Shown here one piece after another: positions 1 to 12,454 of a stretch of 64,000 nucleotides of DNA (the first letter of the stretch is position 1; every line of letters starts with the position of its first letter). The translations under genes were made by a program, and so were the position numbers. Origin of the DNA: Laetmonice hystrix (lineage: Eukaryota); the NCBI GenBank assembly GCA_965235115.1, contig OZ249436.1, forward strand, positions 11,472,001 through 11,536,000, written 5' to 3'. The notes under the pieces were generated by a model, which was given only the letters and a program-made list of their open reading frames with translations, was not told the DNA's origin and searched no databases.

Positions 1-95
1 CTGACTCGCAAAGAGATATAACTTTTTTGTCAGACCTGATAAGTAGGTGTTTATTTTTATTGATTCCATTATGAATAAATCTCCGGTTAACTTAC

Positions 96-260
96 CACAC
101 TGCCACTTTTGATACTGGATTTATACATTGGGTTGATGCACATGCCATCAGATCTGTAGCAGCCTTTATATTCGAAAGTCGGGCCCCGGTCATCTCCATC
201 AGTGATTGTCACTCGCATTGTAGCGTAAGCTGTTCGCTTGGCGAAATCTGCGCTGTCATC
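96..260 (-). CDS. Cad99C: Cadherin coding exon 7 (DDSADFAKRTAYATMRVTITDGDDRGPTFEYKGCYRSDGMCINPMYKSSIKSGSV)
   Basis: tttcag acceptor, gtaagt donor, 165 nt. EC2-3 linker DGDDxGPxF followed by the Cys-pair loop typical of Cad99C/PCDH15. Confidence 0.93.
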
Positions 261-3200
261 CTGAAACGGTGAGAGCCGGAGAAGTGCTGGATAACTAGGT
301 TACGGTTCCTCTAGTCACCAATGTGACAGACTAAAGTGTGAGGGGAGCACTGATTCCTGCGGTACATGGCCTTCCCAGTGGTTATTCGGCGGCATTGTTA
401 TAGTGAGAATTGTTGTGAAGTTACGATGTGGAGACGGCACTGTCACATGATTCAAACACATCGGTGAAATAGTAACATGGAACTGTTAAGGCAATTCGTT
501 AAAAAGCCAGAACTGTTTTCTTTTATTATTAAAACTTTTGGTTGTTTTGGTTGTTTTGAATTAAATTGTTTAATTAACCTATACAAATTTAACAATTTTC
601 TCGAAACGAAAATAATTAAGGCATATTTTGAGAGTTATAATAAAAGGTGCACTAATAACATGCTATAAAATAGTAGATAATGCTCCAAAAAAAATTTACA
701 ATGGTCAGAATCATGCCTGATAAGCAAACCACTGTTTATGTTCCGTATGCTGACATAACATAGAAAGGCACCGAAAATAAATAAGTCTCAATCACTTGAC
801 AAAGTAATAAAAACGTGCAGAGTATAGGTATTAAACTAGTCGTACATTCCCACTCAATGCAGCCTCGTGTATAAATGTGTACTTTAATGGTACACTGTAA
901 TAAAAATCAGGATCATACAAATCTTTTACTTCCGACAGAAAATCATATTTTTATGGACATGTGTATATACCTAGAAACGTTAAAGTATTCTAGGTTTACC
1001 TGAATTTATATGCTTAGATTAAAACATCATTAAATAGTTTAAATGTACCAGCATTCCTCTTAACCCTTATGTCATTCGATGCCACTATTCATGCTATTTT
1101 TCTGTTTAAATTTTATTTAACGGTCCGTTATTTGAAGCCAGTCAATAAGAGCATCTATGATATACATTTTGTGAATTACTACTCTGTGTCCATGCACATA
1201 CACACGGCTGGCATCACCCAGACTATAACAATTCACAAAATTTATTCAATAGATTAAATAACACTCTTGTTTCATTTATGTTTTTAGAGGAGCTTGTCAT
1301 TAACACAGTAACAATACACTAATTACGTAACTTTATCCTTTCAAGCAAATGCTGTTTTTGTACCGAGGAAGGACAAAAGTGCTTTGCTTGAAAGAATCTA
1401 ACTACTAGTCATTACTTTGAAATCTAACACGGGAAAAAGATATAAAAGGGGATGGGCTGGGGAGGAAAACTCAAAAGTGGGGTATTAAATCCAAACATAA
1501 AAAAGTTGAATTGGTCTCTTCAGCAACAAAAAGGTATACTGCATTGCCTTGAATGACCCTATGCACCAATAAGGTATATGTTTATATGAATGTCCACACT
1601 AAATTAGCACCATGGCTGGAATGTAAGCGAGGCGGGATATTAAGCAGAGTAGACCATTACGCTTCACTACGTTGTGGTCAATTCTCTGTGGGTTCTGCAA
1701 TGCCTAGGAGGTCTACAACCATCACTAAGCTGACGTTATCCTACATATCTCCACTCTAATCATCTGCTTACATTACAAGCCTGGGGAGTCATACATTGTA
1801 CCGGTAGATTACTGGGTGGTCATTCAGAGCAATACGGTATGCCCCAACTTTTGAGTTTTACTTCAGGTACAGTACGGAAAGAAATTTTACTTTGGTTTAA
1901 AAATAATACTACCTCCATGCACTATATGTACCGACACATTCACTATTCAAGACGTCCCGGTAAAATGTAATATGCAGTCTCAGGTCGCCTTTACCTGACC
2001 TTCACACAGGGTACGACCTTCACATACTTGTCTTACCTGTGGGCCATCATAGTTGTCCTGGCAACAGTGCATGTAATCACAACAACATGTGAGACGATGT
2101 CATGAGGCAAACTGACCCACAGAGATAAAGAACCCCGTCAATAATCAAATTGAAATTCTCAAATCACTTACCGGTAGGTTTACTTCAGGGCTACATTTAT
2201 AACACTATCATTATCACTATTATAATGTTTCGAAAACACTACCGAGTAATTAAACTATACTCTCGTTTGAAAAACAGGTCTTAATGCTTACTCTTATGCC
2301 AATAAACTAAGAACTATGAACTATGGTAGATAAATGAGGGGTTCTTTGCTGAGGTCGAGTTTGTATCTGCAAATGTCAGGCTCACACGCACGTACCATAC
2401 TATGGCGGGAAGGAAGGAGGGGGGTTGGCACAGTATGATGGCATACTCTATACGTCAAACATCATGCTTTTAAATAATATCCAACATCGGTTAAAATTCA
2501 CCATGCCTATGTCTACATGAAGACAAGCAGCGTGATGCGGGAAGACTTCGGATAACAAGAATTACATGTACGCGTATTTGACTTTCACAAGTAGCTTAAT
2601 TAGAGCCTTGCAATTACATGTAGTTAACATTCGTGTTCATCATGCTCAGGGTATCCATAAAAAATACTCACATCAACAAACTTCTCTAAAATCTTTAATG
2701 CACTCTACACCCCCCCCCCCCCCCCCCCCGTCATGTCACGAAATATCAAATCATGAATCTGACTAATTTTGAGTTAGGTTTATTCCAAAACCTCCAAGTC
2801 CAAATTCAAGAACGTATATTAAAGTATAAATAAACCGGAACTGTTTTTTTAGGGAATGCACTTGATACACCATGAACACAGGTATCTCAGACAGTCATGC
2901 AATGACCATTGAACTCTTAGCCTAAGGATACACTTATTGCTCAAGGCATATTTCAGTCTTACTCCAGATAGTACCTTGTCGTTTCATGAATGTCCTGACG
3001 GAACAAATGTTTGCCCTAAAGGTCAGAAAGACATAGTATACGACACGGAAGCATTGCCAGACTAAATACATGTTTACGGAACAGGTCACAACATGAGACA
3101 CGTGATATAATATTAGGTCGGAAGCAACCACCCCGCTCATATTTCATTATTTCACTAACCCATGTTTTCTTTAATCAATTTCCATTCAATTCAATTTACT

Positions 3201-6200
3201 TTCTTTTATTATTATCCGTTTCCTCTCCATCCGAGCAGGTTGGGGGCCACTGGCGGGGCGGGGGTGGGGGGGGGGGGGGGGTCATGGGAGGATTGAAGAG
3301 GAAGAAATAAAACGGGAATACCAACAGCTAGGGTAGACAACATCTCAATGATGTTCAGGTACAAACATTGATACCAAAGAACGTAACATTATGTTAGACT
3401 CTTTGGTAGAACCAGAGATCTCTGGTAATACGGTACGCACACACACACCATTGACAAGTGCTACACACAGTGACCATATATGGTATCTTCTCAGGTCAGC
3501 TGATGGAGAGAAAGACAGCAGATAACCAAGAATGGCATGTGTACCTGTGAAGTGTTTACAAACACTATCAAGCCTGACGACTGATACTAACCCAATCCCA
3601 TGGAAAGGCAACATTTGGTGGGTTGTCCTTGGGAAAATTACCACAGAAATGTTAATATTCCTCACGACATTATATACATTAACATTAGAATGTATACAGG
3701 CTGGAAAGAAGACTGGTCCAGAACAAATATACAACAACAGCACACTGTAAACTATATAGTATACTACACCATAGTAACCCCCCGACTGCAGCAGTCCTAA
3801 TATACAATTCCTTGCCCCTATTCCAAACTTGAAATTCTTTGCATACTTTTCCCTTAGTGAACTGTAAGACATAATGTTACCACCAACTATTATCATACAC
3901 CTAGGATTGCCCTATAATTCCTGTGATAGGGTCAATATATCTCTAGTCATGTACAGAGAATGAAAAAGGTCTAGTAGAAATTTATTTATATTTTCCTAAC
4001 TACGAACTGAAAGACAAGCTGGATGAGGGAAATGGGATTAAAATGACAACACTGATTAACTAAATTATCGGTAAGACTACGGTTACATAATCTGTATAAG
4101 GGCAAAGATATTCGACCTTCATATTTCCTTGGTGTTCAGACAAATGCTCAGTAATGGTGACTTACATTTGCGGAGATGTTGAGCATGTAGTAAGTCCTGC
4201 CGGCGGCTCGTAGTGTTTCATAGTCCAGCTGTGAAGACACAGTGAGCATTCCCTGCCTCGGCAACGTAATCCGGAACTTCGTACTCCCATCGAACTGAGC
4301 GCAGACAAAGGTGTACTCCTTATTACTACGCATCATAATGGACATGATAACGCGACCTTCCAGCCTTACATGTAAGTTGCATACGTTTAATATCTCTTTC
4401 TGACTTGCGATATCATATTGGAAGTAACACTGGATATTTGATATGGGGTGCCAAGTGTTACCTTTATAATTTCGTACACGGATTTCTTTTTCGTAAACGA
4501 AATTATAATTTCGTACACGGAATTCTTTTTCGTAAACAAAATTATAACTTCGTACACGAAATTCTTTTTCGTAAACGAAATTATAACTTCATACATGAAA
4601 TTCTTTTTCGTAAACGAAATTATAATTTCGAAATTCTTTTTCGTAAATGAAATTATAATTTCGTAGACATAATAGCCATTTCGTATACGGAATGACATTT
4701 CGTCTAAGCAATAATCAATTCCGTCAACGAAATTCACTATCGTCTCAATGGCATTTAGTGCACAAAATGGACATGATGGAGACGAAATTCCATTCTGTAT
4801 ACAGAATGGCTTATTGTGGAGACGAAATTCCATTCTGTATACAGAATGGATTATTGTGGAGACGAAATAACATTACGTAGACAAAATTTATTTTACGGGC
4901 ACGAAAGTCAATTCCGTGGACAGAATTGATTATTATGTAGACGAAATTCAATTTCGTACACGAAATGGACTTTAAGGAGACGAAATTCCATTCTGTATAC
5001 GAAATAGAATTGAGACGAAATTATACTTAACAGAAGGAGCAAAATGTGCCATCATTCTCGTAGACGGAATGGATGTATTGTGGAGTCGAAATAGAATTTC
5101 GTACACGAAATGAATACTATGGAGATGGAATTCCATTTCGTAGACAAAATGGATGATTGTTGAGACGAAAGTGTATTTCGTTGACGAAAATGATTTTTGT
5201 GTACACGAAATGTCATTTTGTTTAAGAAAAAGAATTTCGTGTACGAAATTATAATTTCGTTTACGAAAAAAAGAAATTCGTGTACGAAATTATAATTTCC
5301 TTTACGAAAAAAAATTTTGTGTTCGTGACATGTAATGGATACTGTGGAGACGAGTATCATTCTCAGAGACAAAATGGATAATTGTTGAGACGAAAGTGAA
5401 TTTCATTGATGGAATTGATTATTGTGTAGACGAAATGTCATTCCGTATACGAAATGGATATTACGTCTACGAAATTATAATTTCCTTTACGAAAAAGAAT
5501 TTCGTATACAAAATTATAATTTCGTTTACTTCGTTTACGAAAAAGAATTTCGTGTACGAAATTATAAAGGTAACACTTGGTACCCCATAATTTGAGACGG
5601 TCTAAATCGGTTGTGTAAAAAGCGTGCTTACGATTCCACCGTCACCGGGAACGATCATGAAGTCGACGTCCTTGTTTCGGCCCACATCCTTGTCTGTGGC
5701 AGAAAGGGCCCGGAATATCGTGGTCCCCACTGGAGAGAGCTGAACACACACACAGATATCATTATTCTGGTATCACTCAGGAAGGGTATCACTCACTATC
5801 AAACACAATCAGAAACATTTAGAAAAGAGAAGGAAACTGCCAGTACAGCTGTTCTTATTTTGTCAGTATTACATCATAATTCTGAGTTCCTTCTCCTCTC
5901 GAAATTCGATGGGTCTGAGCGTCTGGCTGTTATGGTTTCTGTGCCTTGTCTGACAAGATGAAGATAAGTGAAGATGTTTGATAACCTACTTCGTTGACTG
6001 TTGTTTCATAAGGTAAGCCAACAAACTTTGGCGTGTTGTCATTGACGTCTCGGACTGTTACAACAACTGTGTAAAATTTCTGAAAATCAGAATAAGACAA
6101 CAAAATACATTAGTAGAATTCATCAATAGAAACCTATCTCCTGGATGGAGATTAAGAGACCCTATGATAGCTAATCACAACAAGGTTACTTCACCAACAT

Positions 6201-7437
6201 GTTTAGTATCAAGATTCTTCAAAACGTTTTAAGGACATGTATTTTGTGCAGGAAAGAAATCACAGGTTTGATTGCATTCATGAGTAGATCAAACCGCTTG
6301 AAGCAAGGTTTATTCTTGATAATATTGAAAATCCTTCCAAGAAAGAGACTCAAAAATGATTTACAAGTACAAAAAACTATTACGTCCAAACCCGAGAAGA
6401 AAGCTACTCACAATGTCTTCCGAGCCACGCCTCCGACACTCCAACTGGAACTGGACCACGTCGAAGTCATCCAAGGAGTCTGGGCGCTGCCCCTGTATGT
6501 GGACGACAACCAATCATTACACAACATCCTTCTATTGCCAGCCCATCTCTACCCATCTCCTATCTTTGAAACTAAACGAACCATCCAGTTTAGATCCCAT
6601 TTCGTAGCCATTTTTAACTATATGACCAGACACTACCTTTTTTTCCTGACAATATATTTGGGTATGATATTCTTACTAATCCTTTAAGTTCTTTCTTAAC
6701 ACCAAACCCTTTAATACAAGGCTGGATAAATGACATAAAATGACTCACATCACGATCTATTCCTCGGAGAAGTGCTAAATGTATGCCATCATCTTCCTGT
6801 ATGGCTCTGAAAAACCTATTAGGATCCCGATCTTCTCGATAAAAGTCGGGTTTCATGATTATTTGAATGGCAGTACTATTAGGGCCATTCAAGGAGCCAA
6901 ACAAGGGAAGTGCGGCCCTATACCGGGCATTTGTGGGATCTCTTCGAAGCTCTGTGTCGGATGCTTCATAGATTTCCATTCGTAACGTATTGGCCCCTGT
7001 TCTTGAAGAACACGGTTCTGAAAAAAAAAACCCAAATGTCAATCAGCGAATATACGCAAGGTGGCCCTTCTCTGTATACTACTTATAAATGTAACCTGCG
7101 CCAAGTAAACTCCACCTATTGTCGGGTACTTATTTACAGAATAACATGGGTTTCGTTTAAAATGTCATTTTAGAGAGAATTTAAAATCTCCACTTTTATG
7201 AATATTAACATGATTGCTACATATACCTCTGCATTGCAATACACAGGCGTAAGGCTTCTTAAAAATTTTTCGTTTAACTTTCTCAATTTTATAGAATTTC
7301 AATAATTCCCTAGCTTCCACCAATAGTAAGTAGGGTAGAAGTGATTGATACTTACGCTGTGCATGTGTTTGCCTTGCCAGTACGACAAGGAGTAGTAGCA
7401 AGCCGAGGATGGGTCCCCGTGACGTCGCCATTGTCAT
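96..7437 (-). CDS. Cad99C: Cad99C / protocadherin-15-like cadherin, spliced 5'-partial gene model (7 coding exons, 308 codons; continues beyond the window start)
   Basis: Exons 7437-7356, 7017-6749, 6492-6412, 6079-5990, 5739-5632, 4294-4166 and 260-96 all have yag/gt(a/g)ag-like boundaries and join in frame (924 nt). The product has a signal peptide and the cadherin Ca-binding motifs IDRD, DVNDNTPKF, ATDKD, LDYE and DGDDRGPTF. It also has traits I recall for Cad99C/PCDH15: an N-terminal Cys, LPLFG, QFQLEC, ELSPVGTTIF and FEYKGC...CINPMY. Orthology is from recalled sequence similarity, not from a search. Confidence 0.9.
4166..4294 (-). CDS. Cad99C: Cadherin coding exon 6 (FDGSTKFRITLPRQGMLTVSSQLDYETLRAAGRTYYMLNISAN)
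   Basis: gctcag acceptor, gtaagt donor, 129 nt, LDYE motif. Confidence 0.92.
4442..5589. mobile_element. Foldback/MITE-like non-autonomous DNA transposon with long modular TIRs, inside a cadherin intron
   Basis: Left end TATGGGGTGCCAAGTGTTACCTTTATAATTTCG and right end CGAAATTATAAAGGTAACACTTGGTACCCCATA are inverted copies. The arms carry ~39-bp tandem subrepeats. 4660-4750 is inverted at ~5385-5475. TA at both termini, no transposase. Confidence 0.85.
5632..5739 (-). CDS. Cad99C: Cadherin coding exon 5 (LSPVGTTIFRALSATDKDVGRNKDVDFMIVPGDGGI)
   Basis: tgttcag acceptor, gtaagc donor, 108 nt. PVGT and AxDxDxGxN cadherin motifs. Confidence 0.93.
5990..6079 (-). CDS. Cad99C: Cadherin coding exon 4 (KFYTVVVTVRDVNDNTPKFVGLPYETTVNE)
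   Basis: ttttcag acceptor, gtaggt donor, 90 nt. Canonical DxNDNxPxF linker. Confidence 0.93.
6412..6492 (-). CDS. Cad99C: Cadherin coding exon 3 (GQRPDSLDDFDVVQFQLECRRRGSEDI)
   Basis: atacag acceptor, gtgagt donor, 81 nt phase 0/0. Carries the second EC1 cysteine. Not in the ORF track. Confidence 0.88.
6749..7017 (-). CDS. Cad99C: Cadherin coding exon 2 (EC1: PCSSRTGANTLRMEIYEAS...LLRGIDRD)
   Basis: Acceptor tttttttcag, donor gtgagt, 269 nt, lies within ORF 6614..7042, ends in an LDRE-type motif. Confidence 0.92.
7356..7437 (-). CDS. Cad99C: Cadherin coding exon 1: signal peptide MTMATSRGPILGLLLLLVVLARQTHAQ (whole exon 7473-7356 including 36 nt of 5' leader)
   Basis: Acceptor tttgcag upstream of 7473, donor gtaagt at 7355. 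Hydrophobic core followed by THA|Q cleavage-like site. Phase 1 matches the next exon. Confidence 0.88.
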
Positions 7438-10400
7438 GACAACCCCGCGCGGCCACACAACCCCCTCCACGCCCTGCAAACACAATGGACATCACCGACT
7501 TTAAACACGTCTTGCTGCGTCATCACAATACCACAATGTCACCAGGCACATCGTATGTCCGGAACCAGTGCATATCGTACTAGGTGGGTTAGGGCTCATG
7601 GTCGCAAACTGGTGTAAACATTGGTAAAACTAAGTTGATTTTAGTTCCCAGCAAGCAAACATTTAAGGGCCAGGAGTAGAAGATGATCCTCTTCCTTGAA
7701 ACATCTTGGCAAGTAAGAGTCTATTTCCTGCAGTATCACTATATTGAACTCACATAATCACACATTTTCAAGGTAGCTTATTAACATTATCCAATCTTGG
7801 CGATTTCGCACCATCCAAAAGTGGGCGCCCAGAGTACGTCCACCCCCACCCCCTGCTCACCGTTAAGCCATTAAATATCAAGTTATTGAGATTCCCTCCA
7901 AGACCCCAAGAAGAAGTCTAAACTGAAGGTTCTCTTGCTTATAGTGGTGCCGTGGTAGCAGGATTACAACGACAGGAATTCACACATTGTTGAGGAATGA
8001 AGTTCTTCCATTCCCTAGGTGGGGTATGCATTCGTTCATACGGACCCGTTAAGTCGTACAGACCTACAAACGGAGTAGGACTAGCACGGTGAGGTCACAA
8101 GAGGGCCCACCTTTAAGTGTCTTAAATTGTTCCGAAGTGGTATAATCTTCTAACACGCCTTAGTAATGGAGCTTCTGGCCACAAGGTGTACTTTCCGGTG
8201 ATTATCTATTATGAACGCCTATTTGGCTTTGTGCTGACTCAGACATTAATCTAAGCCGACGTACCTGAACAAAACAACTGAATAATGGGCGGACCAACAA
8301 AGGTGAAAAGAAAATACAAAAGAAAAAGAAAAAGACGAAGAAAACGACAGGGAGGAGGTCATTACATGCGACGGTTTTCACGTTCTGGAGAAGTCTCGAA
8401 GAAGACCTCAGGCCGAAGGTGTCCCTCTAGGCCACACCTATCCTTGGGGGTGTTTCACAACCTGTCGTAGTTTCTCGTGTCGTTGATACCAATGTATTTT
8501 TGAAGAGGTATGTATACAGTAGGCTATAGCCCCCCGGACATTCCGTGTCCCGCCCTTGTCTCAGTGGTAACTATTGGCCCTATCCATACAATGAGAGGTA
8601 CTGTCAGAGAGAGCCAGTACAGGACAGTAGCAGTGAATCTCTCCTGTCCGTCCTTTCACCGGTCCTTTCACCGGTCCTTTCATAGCCAAGCCTAGAAGGA
8701 AGGCAGTGAGTTGAGACAGGTTGACTGGCAGCAGTTTAAAGACCTGGAGGTGCCCAGAGGGACCGCGGTCCATGTCCTCCAGGAGGCGGTCATCATGACG
8801 ATATCCTGCCTTCATTTGTCAACAGCTCCCCATGAAGGGAGATAGATACCCTTGGAAACCTATACTTGTCTTCAGGCTACAACACCCCAACTATCACAAT
8901 TATTGTCTCCACCCTCTTTCAATCTGTCTTCACCCTAGCCCCAAACCCTCCGCCTGCCCTACATAATTACACTTCTGCTGGCTTTTCTCTCCATAGTTTT
9001 GACAATTCCATGATGGAAGACTGCGGGCCAGGCAAGAAAAGCTAGTTTAAAGTCAGTATTTTTCTGTGTTAGGCTGTGATTAAGGGTTTAATATGAATTA
9101 CCCTGACAGCAGGAGATCACAGTGGGTTCTCCAGTGGTCATATCAATCTCTGACAACATCTCCGCCGTCCCAATACTGCCACAATACAACACGTACCCAT
9201 CCACCAGCTGTCGGGAGTTTTACTTAAGCCTCCGGGAACTCGACATTCTTCCCTTTCAGCACTCTTTGGCCTTCCCTTACTAATCTCTGCCTTTTTAACT
9301 GGAAATGCTAGCAAAGCTTGGGAAATGGAATGGTTATGCACGGATAGTCCCCATGTGCATTTGTATTTGCTACCTGAAAACTGCAGAGTCATTCTTAACC
9401 CTTTGAATGAATATTTTTATGTCATAATATCGGGGAGATTAAAGGCATTTTTACACGTTTCAGCAAATAGCTTAGCAAGGCTTCTTATCTAACACCATAA
9501 TCATCTGTTACAGGAATGGAAGCAGCTGCACTCACAGTCCCTACCAGTGTCACAATCCGAAAATCCCTCGGACATCTCCGAAGCATGACTTTTTTTTGCT
9601 CTATGCAGTGCAAACATTGAAACATGTCAGCCGAACTCTAAAGTTCACTACAATTTTGAAGGTTTTATAAGTTTCCGTTTTGTAAGACATCGTTTGCATG
9701 TGTTGAGCGAATGTGAACCAAAGTACTCATCCTTGACAAACTAATAGCTGCTGGGCCAACCCACATACCAGCACTCCCGAGTCACGCACTACAAAGTGAA
9801 CTGATTCGCAGGCTGAAATGTTTGGAGCCAAGCCTGTACTAGTATATGCCTGCTGGTCGTTTTGTAGCAATATTTCATGTGTAACATCTAAGTCTGGACA
9901 TACATATCCTTTCATCCCTTTACATACTCTTCTTCCTAAGAAGAAATTGCTTAAAGCTCCCCTCCACCCGCTTTTCTCTCTCTCAGTATTCTGGGTATGC
10001 ATTAGGGTAACACGTCAGAATGCAGGTCCGTCACCACATCGTAAAAAGTTCTTCTGTCAACTCCACATACCCCTGCTCCGCCTGGGAAGTAGGTTGTGTG
10101 TACAAAACTTCAAACGATTACTATACCAGTGAGTTATCGGTGCTGACAACACACATGGCCATAAAAATATTACCCGTGTATTATACCTTGCTTATACACA
10201 TGGCCGAAAGATTATTGCTAAAACGCCAGATCAGTTTTCATCGACATCGGTTTTAAAAATCGCTGCGACTGCACGGTTCGGTCTATATCTTTAGTTTACT
10301 GTCGTACAGAAGCAAATAATGAATATATATTCTAAAGCAAGCCTGTAGGTCGGATATCTAAAGGAACTCGCCCTGATGGCTGTTATGAAGTTTTTGTCAC

Positions 10401-10976
10401 AAACAGGTGGGAAACATGACGCTAAGGGGTTCACTCACTACCGAGCAACCTCTACATTTTATGGTACGTTAGCTAACTTAAAAGGCCGGACAAGCACATG
10501 GGGCAAGGTTGGCAGAAACTGCACCTTGCAATATCCATATGAACGGGTTCTTAAAGGAAGACTTAAAAGCGAGATTCAGTGCAGATTGTGAAATGCCATG
10601 CCACTGGCCGATTCATGGTCGTTTCTCTATCGACTCATCATTGGATTGGTTTAAAGATTTACCACCTAATTGCCCAGTGTTAGGCCTGAAATGATTTTGC
10701 AAATAAGGTACCACCTTTTAGGAAACATTGCTACAACAACAGTATTTTTTACCCTGGAGTCTACAAGAAGCTAACTGCTTCCTTATAATAATATAGCTAC
10801 TATCCAGTGACCCATATTATGGCCTCAACCGTAGTATGTACATGTGCATCACTATTAGTTGGCACCATTTTCTTGTCAACAACCTGCAGATTCACGATCT
10901 AGGAGTTATGTTTTTTTACACCGACTGTTAAATTTGAATTTGAGCACCACGACTGCCTGAGCATCAGAAAATAGAC

Positions 10977-11048
10977 CAGGGACCGGTTCCTAAAATCTTA
11001 AGATCTTACTTAAGCTTAAGATCTTACGATTTTAGGACCTGGGCCCAG
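10977..11048. mobile_element. Tiny palindromic MITE (PIF/Harbinger-like, CAG flanks)
   Basis: cag-GGACCGGTTCCTAAAATC...cttaagatctta...GATTTTAGGACCTGGGCC-cag: a near-perfect hairpin with a 3-bp direct repeat. Confidence 0.55.
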
Positions 11049-12107
11049 CCCTCTGATTGGCTATTTCTCGGAATTGTTACAAACGGTACATTATTTTCTT
11101 ACGGACTTGGGTTCTATGGTGCCAGGCTTTAATCGTAGTAAAAATATCTCCACTGATACCGACAATGACCCTAGCGTGTGTGTTGTAAGGATGAAGATTA
11201 GTTAAGCCACCCATTGTCACAGCTCGGTGCCACCCATTGTCACAGCTCGGTGCTTGGTAGAATCGGGAGGTTTCATGGACAATGTAGAGTCGCGATACTG
11301 GTTAACTTTAAATGTATAACAAAGTGGCCTTTCACGGCCAAATGCCTTGTTGCCATCTACACAATCCTTGTTGGTCAACAGTACACTGCCCAGCCTTTAA
11401 ATCTCCCACCAATGCCGCGACAATCCATAAATGATACATTCTCTAACTGGCAATGGAGACATAATACAAGGTTGATACGAACAATAGGGATAATCTGCTC
11501 CAAGGCCCCAGCCCCTATACCCCTTGGAACGTTGTCCCCAGACGGGCAGGCCACTTTACAAATATGGCCATGATCCAAAACATCCTCTAAAGCTATACTA
11601 TATCCCATCGTCTAACTAGCCAGACGTATAGTGTCCCACGGTGTTAAGCGGGACTTGATTTTCCCAAATTTACAAGTAGCCTCTGGTGGTTTGCCAGGCC
11701 AGTGTCAACACAGACTTCTTACATACACTACCGGCGATTCCTACATACACTACCGGCGATTTTACTACGCATGCTGTTAGGCAAACATGCAGCCGGTAAT
11801 TTTAAGCTGTGTAACGGGCCATTTGCTTCAAATAAGCTGCCATAATACAAAAAGCAGGTTGGCCATCTGTTCCAAGGATTTTCTTTACTTATACCTTATT
11901 CTTTTTAAACTTTGCACCTGCCTCTATCTTACAAACACTGGAGTTAAAAGAACGCCGCGGTAGTATGATTTTGAATAAGAATCCTTTGATCAGATTTCAG
12001 TGTTAATGTTAAGAGCAGCAGACGACATACCGCCACAACTGTAAAAAGCGACGATATTCAGACAAACTATGTGTATTCAAAGACCCAACTGATCAGATTT
12101 TTTAAAA

Positions 12108-12361
12108 CAGTGGCGTATCCAGGGGGGTTCCAAGTATCCCGGACCCCGCCCCCCTTTAAACAAATACTATATTAAGGGCATTTTGGTACAAAAAGGGGGT
12201 GTAAAATGCATTATTTTCACCAAAGGAAACCTTCATTATTCCACACGATGTCCCGAGATTGCATTATCTGATGTCTTTTTTATTTAAATTCCCAGGGAAC
12301 CATGGCCTAATGGCCATCTCTGAAGTACCTAAACTTCGGAAACCCCCCTGATACGCCACTG
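12108..12361. mobile_element. hAT-like MITE with CAGTGGCGTATC TIRs
   Basis: CAGTGGCGTATCCAGGGGGG ... CCCCCCTGATACGCCACTG; flanks taaaa / gaaaa. Confidence 0.75.
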
Positions 12362-12454
12362 GAAAACGTCACACTACAGCAACACCTTGAATGGCAATAC
12401 ATCTTTATTACATGATATGGGTTGGGGACGTGTTTGTACCATGTCGTTCTGGCA

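Noticed and set aside
3345..3896. 183-aa hydrophobic minus-strand ORF as an extra cadherin exon or nested gene
   Set aside because: No cadherin motif or recognisable domain. Exons 4294-4166 and 260-96 already join into a complete EC2 without it.
4387..5590. Repetitive ORFs (YEIIISFTKKNF...) on both strands
   Set aside because: Translation artefacts of the 39-bp subrepeats of the foldback element.
5611..6687. Plus-strand ORFs of 116, 162 and 83 aa
   Set aside because: Antisense shadows of real minus-strand cadherin exons.
9300..9470. Possible LINE 3'-end remnants (also ~38500-38600, minus strand)
   Set aside because: The similarity to LINE C-terminal motifs is too faint to support without a profile search.
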